A DNA stretch of 48,459 bases from contig JANPEF010000023.1 of NCBI GenBank assembly GCA_031431875.1, positions 1 through 48,459 on the forward strand, in the 5' to 3' direction. The notes beneath the pieces were generated by a model, which made no database searches, was not told the DNA's origin, and was given only the letters and a program-made list of their open reading frames with translations. Made by a program: the position numbers and the translations under genes. The stretch comes from Candidatus Eiseniibacteriota bacterium. Its GTDB lineage: Bacteria; Eisenbacteria; RBG-16-71-46; DASYSL01. Shown one piece after another: positions 31,851 to 38,866 of the stretch. The first letter of the stretch is position 1. Every line of letters begins with the position of its first letter.

Positions 31851-31979
31851 TCAGATCGCCCCCGGCTTGCCGACGACGCGGCGCATCAGGCCGATCTCCC
31901 CGACATGATACGCCTCGTGGAACTGCAGGCAGCGCAGGACATCGGTCGAGACGGCGGTTGCAGCAGGTGCGGTGGACAC
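31851..31979 (-). pseudogene. 42-codon ORF matching the C-terminal helix of DinB-family proteins (fragment or mini-protein)
   Basis: Not in the ORF track. GGAGG RBS, then GTG-STAPAATAVSTDVLRCLQFHEAYHVGEIGLMRRVVGKPGAI*; HxxxHxG[QE]I is the DinB-like metal motif. Confidence 0.6.
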
Positions 31980-32071
31980 GGCGACCTCCGGAGGGTCCAG
32001 CGGGCGGGGACCCCGCAAGGATAGGGCCTCCGGGGCGGGATGGCGGAGTCAAAACCTCGTCAATCGCCTGT

Positions 32072-32314
32072 GGGCGAGGCGTGTGTCCCCCCGGACGTTC
32101 GGAGAATCTGCTCAGATTGCGCAGGGTCTCCTGCGGCGCCCCCGCGCAATCTTCCGCCACGCCCGCCCGGGGGGACACACCCCTCGCCCCGATCGATGGT
32201 GTTGACTTGGAGCAGAAGTCTCGCGCAGGACGATGCACGATCCTGCGACGCATGCGATGTTCGCGTCGATCACGATCCGCACCGGAGATCGAGCTGAGGT
32301 GTGTGTCCGCCCGG
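32072..32314. repeat. Three copies of a 19-nt REP-like motif; two inverted copies close a ~117-nt hairpin
   Basis: GAGGnGTGTGTCCsCCCGG at 32076-32094 (+), 32167-32185 (-) and 32296-32314 (+); inner stem agattgcgc/gcgcaatct. Confidence 0.65.
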
Positions 32315-32365
32315 TCGGTTGGATGTTGGGAACAAGTCGAGACCCTGTTCGCAACCCCGCCACGC

Positions 32366-33001
32366 CTAAGGCAGGGGATCTGCGTCGCGCAGCAGGTCGC
32401 GGATCTTGGTCTTGATCAGGTCGATCGCCACGCGATTGTGACCGCCTTCGGGGATGATGATGTCGGCCCAGCGCTTCGAGGGTTCGACGAACTGCAGGTG
32501 CATGGGGCGCACCGTGGTGCGGTACTGGCGCAGGATCGACTCGATCGAACGCCCGCGTTCCTTGATGTCGCGATCGATGCGGCGCATCAGGCGGACGTCG
32601 GCGTCGGTGTCGATGAAAACCTTGATGTCCATCATCTCGCGCAGCGCCTCGTCGACGAAGATCAGGATCCCCTCGAGCACGATCACCGCGTGGTCTCCGA
32701 CCGGGTTGGTCTGCTTGAGCCGGGCGTGGCGCGTGTAGTCGTAGATCGGCTGCTCGACCGGTGTGCCATCGAGCAGTGCCTTCACGTGCGCGCACAGCAG
32801 GCTGCCATCGAACGCGTCGGGGTGGTCGAAGTTGCGCAGGTCGCGGTCGGCGACCGGGATGTCGTCGAGGTCGCGGTAGTACGAGTCCTGGTCGAGGATG
32901 GCGACGCGCGAGCTGCCCAGTTCGCGCACGATGGTGCGCGCGACCAGGGTCTTGCCCGATCCGCTGCCCCCGGCGATGCCGATCAGAATGCGTTTGGACA
33001 T
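32366..33001 (-). CDS. udk: Uridine kinase
   Basis: IGIAGGSGSGKT, DSYY, NFDHPDAFD, EGIL, RRIDRD...ERGR, FVEPSKRWADIIIP. Confidence 0.95.
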   Translation of the reverse strand: MSKRILIGIAGGSGSGKTLVARTIVRELGSSRVAILDQDSYYRDLDDIPVADRDLRNFDHPDAFDGSLLCAHVKALLDGTPVEQPIYDYTRHARLKQTNPVGDHAVIVLEGILIFVDEALREMMDIKVFIDTDADVRLMRRIDRDIKERGRSIESILRQYRTTVRPMHLQFVEPSKRWADIIIPEGGHNRVAIDLIKTKIRDLLRDADPLP

Positions 33002-33035
33002 GATGCGCGAAGGTTGCACGCCGACGCGCGCGCCG

Positions 33036-34583
33036 TCAATCGCCACGCGTCGCGGCGCTGTCCGGCGGCGTTGCTGCGGTGCCCGTGGCGCCTGCCGTTC
33101 CGGCGGCAATCGCGGCCGCGTTGCGCTCGAGTGCGATGCCGATCGCGTACGGATCGGCATTCCTCTGCTCGACACAGACCTCCCGCCAGGTGGTGACCAG
33201 CGCGCGTCCGTTGTTGCGCCAGCGCAGGCTGCCGGGCTGGGTGCGTCCGCGCTCGAGTGCCTGCTGCTTCGCGGTGCGCGCGATGGCGAACTGCCAGTCG
33301 GTCTCGAACAGCAGGTCGAGCTCGGCGAGGAGCTCCCGTCGCGCGGGCAGGCGGCCGAAGGCGCCCGCCCAGTCGGCCTGGAACTCTCGTGCGGAGAGCA
33401 TGGTGACGAGATCGAACGCCAGCGGAGCGTCGGGCGCCGTGCGCGGCACCGTCCACCACAGGCCGTCGATCGCGGCGAGCGGGTCGCCGCCGCGGGCCGG
33501 CAGGCTCCGTTCGAGATCGAGCGACACGCCGCGCGGCACGCGGGCGACGCCCAGGTCCGCCGGATCCTTGAGGAAGCCCTCGAGGCCCGGTGCGCCCGTG
33601 CCGTGCAGGCGGAACAGGTGCGGCATGTCGAGCCAGCCGAGGAACACCTGGCCCTGCGCTGTGGCCGACAGCAGGTCGTTCTGCTCCCAGCTTTCCTTCG
33701 TCATGGCCGGGTGGTACCAGCCCGCGGCGAAGCACACCGACTCCCAGGCGAGCGCGTCGCGCAACTCGATGGCGTCCAGGTCGAGCATGTCGGGAGCGGT
33801 GACGCCCTGCGCGAAGGCGCGCGTCGCGAGGTCGACCGTCGCCGCATCGCCGGTCGCCGCGTGGGCCACGCGCGGACTGGTGAGGCCGTCATACGGATGA
33901 GTCGCCCAGGTGGCGGCGAGGACCGCAATGTCGAACGTATCCCAGTCATCCGGATCGGGCTCGAGTTGGTATTGCGACGGCAGGCCGGAACCGCCGGCGC
34001 GACGGATCGCCGCATCGATGCGGCCGCGATCCGCTTCCCACCCGGCGACGACCTCGGCGACCCGGGCGCGCGAGTAATAGAGCAGCGGCGTCGAGATCGT
34101 CGCAGGGACGAAGCGCAGGCCGCCGCCGCGCGCCGCCGACGGCGCCAGCGCCGCGGGCGCCATGGCGGCGGCGAGCCGCTTCGCACGAACCGGACCCCCC
34201 ACGTCGTCGACCGGCAGCACCATGTCCTCGTCCTCGAGCCCGGCGAGCGCCGCGCGGGGGGCGAGTGCGACCATGACGCGGCGCTTGCGCTCGAGCGGTT
34301 CCGCGCGCAGCAGGCGATCGAGTTCGTCCTCGTCCTTGTACGCGCGCGTCGACAGTCGAACGTGACGCCTCTCGGCGAAGTCGGCGATCCGGGTGCGGAA
34401 CCAGGCCTCCTCCGCCGCGTCGAAGGGCACGAGGACGACGTAGTCGGGGCGGTAGAGGATCGCGGTCAACGCCACGGCGAGTCCGGCGAGGAGCAGGCCC
34501 ATCGCGGCGATGAGCAGGCCCCGTCGCGAGGGCGGGGCGGGGGCGGCCTCGGTCGTCCCCTGGCGATCCTTCTGCTTCGGCAT
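33036..34583 (-). CDS. Membrane-anchored extracellular solute-binding protein (family 1-like)
   Basis: GAGGAG RBS and ATG 34583; TM anchor; FVP...LLYYS, DLGVARVP, GLWWTVP, FQADW...GRLPAR patterns. Confidence 0.65.
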   Translation of the reverse strand: MPKQKDRQGTTEAAPAPPSRRGLLIAAMGLLLAGLAVALTAILYRPDYVVLVPFDAAEEAWFRTRIADFAERRHVRLSTRAYKDEDELDRLLRAEPLERKRRVMVALAPRAALAGLEDEDMVLPVDDVGGPVRAKRLAAAMAPAALAPSAARGGGLRFVPATISTPLLYYSRARVAEVVAGWEADRGRIDAAIRRAGGSGLPSQYQLEPDPDDWDTFDIAVLAATWATHPYDGLTSPRVAHAATGDAATVDLATRAFAQGVTAPDMLDLDAIELRDALAWESVCFAAGWYHPAMTKESWEQNDLLSATAQGQVFLGWLDMPHLFRLHGTGAPGLEGFLKDPADLGVARVPRGVSLDLERSLPARGGDPLAAIDGLWWTVPRTAPDAPLAFDLVTMLSAREFQADWAGAFGRLPARRELLAELDLLFETDWQFAIARTAKQQALERGRTQPGSLRWRNNGRALVTTWREVCVEQRNADPYAIGIALERNAAAIAAGTAGATGTAATPPDSAATRGD

Positions 34584-34745
34584 GCGTTCTCCTCGCGCCC
34601 GTCCGGCCTCGTGGCCATCGCCGCGGCGTCCCCGCGCGCTGTCCGGCGGGGAAGGCATACCATGCCGCGGCGGGGCGCACACCGGTTCCGTTGCGGTCGC
34701 GCCCAGGCCGGGGCCGACCCTGCCGGGAGGCGCCGCGCGCCACCC

Positions 34746-34774
34746 TTGCGGCCTGCGACGACGCGACTTAGACT
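34746..34774 (+). promoter_or_regulatory. Candidate sigma70 promoter for rpiB-add
   Basis: TTGCGG-17 bp-TAGACT upstream of a GGAGG RBS. Confidence 0.45.
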
Positions 34775-34842
34775 GCGCGGCAATCGTTCCCGTTCCACGC
34801 CGTCGCAGCCGCTCCGTCCGCCCGTCGATTCCCGGAGGCACC

Positions 34843-35598
34843 GTGACCGCACCCGATCCCGCCGAAGTCCGCCGCCTCGTCGCGGCGGTCGTCGATCGCG
34901 TGCTCGGCCCGACCGGTCCCGGGGGCGATGGCGCGGCGACCGCTGCCGCCAAGCCGGCCTTCGCGCCCGCCGCACCCGCCCGGCAGGCGCGCATCGTCGA
35001 CTGGACGGGTCCCGTCGCTGGCGACACGCGGCCCGTTCCCGTCGCGCCGCCACCGGCCGCAGGCGCCCCGCGCCCGACCGCTGGAGCCAGGGCGAAGGTC
35101 GCGCCCGATCCGGCGCGCACCGTGGCACTCGGCGGCGACCACGGCGGCTTCGCGCTCAAGCAGATGCTGCTGCGCTACGTGCGGGAAGAGCTGCGCTGGG
35201 CGGTGATCGATTGCGGGACGCACTCGACCGAGCCCGTTGACTACCCGGACATCGCCAAGGCCGTCGGCGAGGCGGTGGCGAGCGGTCGCGCCGCGCGCGG
35301 CATCGTCATCGACGGTGCCGGCATCGGCTCGACGATGGCCGCCAACCGCGTCCCCGGCGTCCGCTGCGCGCTGTGCCACGACGAGATGACCGTGCTCAAC
35401 AGCCGCGAGCACAACGACGCCAACGTGCTCGCGCTGGGCTCGGGCGTGGTCAACACCGGCCAGGCCCGGCGCCTCGTCGAGGTGTGGCTGAAGACGAAGT
35501 TCGCCGGCGGTCGTCACGCCCGCCGGGTCGAGAAGATCATGGAGCTTGAGCGACTGCGCTCAGCCGTGCCGACCGCCGCTCCCGAAAGGAACGCATGA
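34843..35598 (+). CDS. rpiB: RpiB/LacA/LacB family sugar-phosphate isomerase with ~90-aa N-terminal extension
   Basis: GGAGG RBS and GTG 34843; GGDHGG, DYPD, IDGAGIGSTMAAN, HNDANVL, FAGGRHARRV. Confidence 0.88.
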   Translation: MTAPDPAEVRRLVAAVVDRVLGPTGPGGDGAATAAAKPAFAPAAPARQARIVDWTGPVAGDTRPVPVAPPPAAGAPRPTAGARAKVAPDPARTVALGGDHGGFALKQMLLRYVREELRWAVIDCGTHSTEPVDYPDIAKAVGEAVASGRAARGIVIDGAGIGSTMAANRVPGVRCALCHDEMTVLNSREHNDANVLALGSGVVNTGQARRLVEVWLKTKFAGGRHARRVEKIMELERLRSAVPTAAPERNA

Positions 35599-36671
35599 GC
35601 ATTCCCGCCGCCGTGTTCGCCCGCCTGCCGAAGACCGATCTCCACCTCCACCTCGACGGCTCGTTGCGCCCGCGGACGGTGTGGGAGCTGGCGCAGGAAC
35701 AGAAGGTGAAGCTGCCGGCAAAGTCGCCCGCCGAGCTGGCGAAGAAACTCGTGGCCGGCCCGCGGGTGAAGAACCTGGGTGACTACCTGAAGACGTTCGA
35801 CCTGACGCTCGCCGTGCTGCAGGTGCCCGAGGCGCTGGAGCGCGTCGCCTACGAACTGGCCGAGGACTGCGCCGCCGAGAACGTGCGCCACATGGAGGTG
35901 CGTTACTCGCCGATCCTGCACCAGCAGCAGGGGCTCAAGCTGCCCCAGATCCTCGAGCCGGTGCTCGCCGGGCTCAAGCGCGCCGAGCGCGACTTCCGCC
36001 TGTCGACCGGCGTGATCATCTGCGGCATGCGCAACATCAGCCCGCGCAAGTCGTACGAGCTGGCCAAGCTCGCCGTCGCCTACCGCGATCGCGGCGTCGT
36101 CGCGTTCGACCTCGCGGGCGAGGAGAAGGACCACCCCGCGAGCGACCATCGCCGCGCCTTCCGCTTCATCGCCGAGCACAACCTGTCGTCGACCGTGCAC
36201 GCGGGCGAGGGCTTCGGCCCGCCGTCGATCGCTCAGGCCCTGCACGACTGCGGCGCCCACCGGATCGGCCACGGCACGCGCCTGCACGAGGACCCGGAGC
36301 TGCTCGGCTACGTGAACGACCATCGCATCCCGCTCGAGGTCTGCCTCACGTCGAACGTGCAGACGCGCACGGTGAAGAGCCTCAAGGAGCACCCTTTCCG
36401 CCGCTATCTCGACCTCGGCCTGCGGGTCACGCTCAACACCGACAACCGCACGGTGTCGAACACGACGCTGACCCGCGAGTATGCGCTGGCAGCGCGCACC
36501 TTCCGCCTGTCGCCCTACCAGGTGAAGCGGATCGTGATCGGCGGCTTCAAGAGCGCGTTCCTGCCCTATGCCGAGAAGGCGCGGCTGCTGCGGCAGGTCG
36601 TCACCGAGATCGACGCCGTGTTCATGGAAGCGTTGCCGGATTCGTATGATCGCGCGGGTTCGACGCTGTAG
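35595..36671 (+). CDS. add: Adenosine deaminase
   Basis: PKTDLHLHLDGS, EVRYSP, FDLAG, TVHAGE, RIGHG, CLTSN, HP, NTDN. Confidence 0.93.
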   Translation: MSIPAAVFARLPKTDLHLHLDGSLRPRTVWELAQEQKVKLPAKSPAELAKKLVAGPRVKNLGDYLKTFDLTLAVLQVPEALERVAYELAEDCAAENVRHMEVRYSPILHQQQGLKLPQILEPVLAGLKRAERDFRLSTGVIICGMRNISPRKSYELAKLAVAYRDRGVVAFDLAGEEKDHPASDHRRAFRFIAEHNLSSTVHAGEGFGPPSIAQALHDCGAHRIGHGTRLHEDPELLGYVNDHRIPLEVCLTSNVQTRTVKSLKEHPFRRYLDLGLRVTLNTDNRTVSNTTLTREYALAARTFRLSPYQVKRIVIGGFKSAFLPYAEKARLLRQVVTEIDAVFMEALPDSYDRAGSTL

Positions 36672-36673
36672 CC

Positions 36674-38680
36674 CTACTGCAGGACGACGCCGCGAGCGCG
36701 GCGCACCTGCCCGCCGTGCACGAGCTGGACCCAGTACACGCCTGGCGTGATCCGCGGATCCCGGCCGAGGTCGAGGCGATGGCGCCCCGGGCCGAGGGAA
36801 GACACGTCCTTCGCGAGCACGGCGCGCCCACGGACATCGTGGACGGTGATCGACGCCGGGCCGTCGCTCGGCAGCGTGAATCCGAGCACGAGCGCTCCCA
36901 CCGCGGGATTCGGCTGGAACCCCGCCAGCTCGAGGCGGAACGCCGCGGGGACCTCGACCCAGGATTCCTCGGTGAAGTATTCCGAAACACCCTCGGTAAC
37001 GCCGAGCCGGTAGGCATAGAGACCCGGCTCCAGGTCACTGTCCTCGAACTCGAGCACCGACTCGCCGACGCTGTTCGGAGACCCGCGCTGGGTCCACGGT
37101 TCGTCGCCCTGGCGGCGATAGACGGTCGTGCGCGAAGAGGAGGCGTCCGACGCCGACCAGCGCAGGCGGGCGATCCCCGGTTCGACCTCCGAGTCGAGGA
37201 ACGCGATGCGGGTCGGGACCGGGCCGTCGGCGAGAACGCGTTGGGCGTAGATCAGCCGTGAGGTTGCCGACCCACGCTCATAGGCCACGATGGCACCACC
37301 CGTTCCATCGCTTGTTCCAGTGGGATGATCATACCCGTACGTGGCGTCGCTGGCGGCGATGAGCCGTCCAATCACCGGCCAACCGGGTGCAGGCGCACCC
37401 TGAGCATCGAGGTGTTGACCCAGGATGTCCTGGTTCCCGGCCGCATTGCCCTGGTCCCAGAACGCGTAGACGCCTCCAGATCCGTCGCCGACAGCGGAGG
37501 GAATCGTCTGCAGGAACGGGTGCGGAGCGACCGGACTTCCATTCGCGGTCCATCCCGGGGCGACCGATCCATCCGGTCGGATCCTGACGGCGTAGATCTG
37601 ACCTCCCGCTCCATAGTCATCCCACACGAAGATCACCCCACCGGCGCCATCCTCGGCCATCTCGAAGAAGTACTGGGCGCTCTCTCGGACCACGATCGGC
37701 AGGCCGTCGGCCGGCCAACGCGGATCGATCGTGCCGTTCGCCAGGATGTGCTGGCCATAGATGTCGTAATCGAGCGGGATGGGTGGGAAGACACCGTTTC
37801 GATTGTCGTCCCAACCGACGTAGGCGCCTCCAGCGCCGTCGGAGATCATGAACCGGTACTCTTGCACCGTCGGGATCGAGTTGACGCGAACCCCACCGGG
37901 CGGCCAGCCCGGTGCCGGATCGCCCGATGAAGTGACTCTCAGGGCAAAGTGGGTCCCACCCAATCCGCCCACGCCGCCACGGGAGTCCAGCCAGATGGCG
38001 AGAAACCCACCGTTCGAATCCGGGATGATGTTCGCCAGACCCTTGCCGGATTCCACCGCGCTCACCGGCTGTCCCAGCGGATTCCAGCCCGGCGCAGTCT
38101 CTCCGGTGCCGGTGTAGTGGAGCACGAGAACGCGGCTGTCCGTCGCGGTCGAGATCACATAGACGCCTCCCTGGCCGTCCCCGCACACGCCGTCCAGGTA
38201 CTCAAACGGCGAACCCACCGGCAGGAGGAGCCCGGTTGCTGGCCAGCCCGGCGCGATCGTTCCGTTGGAGAGGATTCGCTGCAATCGGAACCGCAGCACC
38301 TGCGGATCCTCGTAGCTCGACCAGATCACGTAGACGCCGCCGAACATGTCGGGCGCAAGATTCGATGCGAACTGCTGATTGGGCCGCGTGGAGAGCGCTA
38401 GTCCGGTAACCGGCCAGCCCGAGGCCACATCTCCCGAAGCGGTCAGTCTCTGAAGGTAGGCGTCGCCACCATCGGTGTTGGTCCACTGCACCCACACGAT
38501 GAAGGCGCCGTTGGCTCCGTCCGAGCAGAGATTCGGAGCGCGCTGGGCGATCCCCTGCACGGCCGGAGCGACCGGCACGCCACTCTCCCGCCATCCGGCA
38601 AGCGCACGAGGTGGCATCGGATCGAGGATGGCGATCGTGACGACGATGAAGCCGAGGAGCGCGAAAGCTCGTGCCTGCAC
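36674..38680 (-). CDS. Secreted repeat (probable 8-blade beta-propeller) protein with C-terminal Ig and T9SS/FlgD-like domain
   Basis: Signal peptide; 8 repeats of xDGxGGxxxxW...QR[IL]xxxG..APGWP; C-terminal PNP...FTLP...VHDVRGR...PGVYWVQL. Confidence 0.8.
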   Translation of the reverse strand: MQARAFALLGFIVVTIAILDPMPPRALAGWRESGVPVAPAVQGIAQRAPNLCSDGANGAFIVWVQWTNTDGGDAYLQRLTASGDVASGWPVTGLALSTRPNQQFASNLAPDMFGGVYVIWSSYEDPQVLRFRLQRILSNGTIAPGWPATGLLLPVGSPFEYLDGVCGDGQGGVYVISTATDSRVLVLHYTGTGETAPGWNPLGQPVSAVESGKGLANIIPDSNGGFLAIWLDSRGGVGGLGGTHFALRVTSSGDPAPGWPPGGVRVNSIPTVQEYRFMISDGAGGAYVGWDDNRNGVFPPIPLDYDIYGQHILANGTIDPRWPADGLPIVVRESAQYFFEMAEDGAGGVIFVWDDYGAGGQIYAVRIRPDGSVAPGWTANGSPVAPHPFLQTIPSAVGDGSGGVYAFWDQGNAAGNQDILGQHLDAQGAPAPGWPVIGRLIAASDATYGYDHPTGTSDGTGGAIVAYERGSATSRLIYAQRVLADGPVPTRIAFLDSEVEPGIARLRWSASDASSSRTTVYRRQGDEPWTQRGSPNSVGESVLEFEDSDLEPGLYAYRLGVTEGVSEYFTEESWVEVPAAFRLELAGFQPNPAVGALVLGFTLPSDGPASITVHDVRGRAVLAKDVSSLGPGRHRLDLGRDPRITPGVYWVQLVHGGQVRRARGVVLQ

Positions 38681-38730
38681 GGGGGGAATCTCCGCTTGGG
38701 AGCCGGGGAGAGGCCAAACCTCGAGAATCC

Positions 38731-38774
38731 ATCAATTATGCGCAGTTGATTTTTTTTTTCAAGCGGGTAATGCT
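38731..38774. promoter_or_regulatory. Overlapping divergent candidate promoters spanning a T10/A10 homopolymer
   Basis: Minus strand TTGAAA(38762-57)-16 bp-CATAAT(38740-35); plus strand TTGATT(38746-51)-16 bp-TAATGC; dyad ATCAATT-N6-AGTTGAT at 38731-50. Confidence 0.55.
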
Positions 38775-38866
38775 TCCTCCTTCTCCGCGTCACAACCAGC
38801 CCCGGGTCCCCCGCGCGCGCGGCCTTTCCCACGGTCAGAACATCGACCCCTGCCCGGGAACCCGCC

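Noticed and set aside
32072..32314. CRISPR array
   Set aside because: Only three short copies in mixed orientation with irregular spacing; no cas genes.
34510..34842. Upstream-extended starts in the ORF track (rpiB 34510, nrdJ 15386, argH 47268, udk 33175, PNP 26522 and others)
   Set aside because: The extensions overlap neighbouring genes or promoters; downstream starts with RBS or stop/start overlaps fit better.
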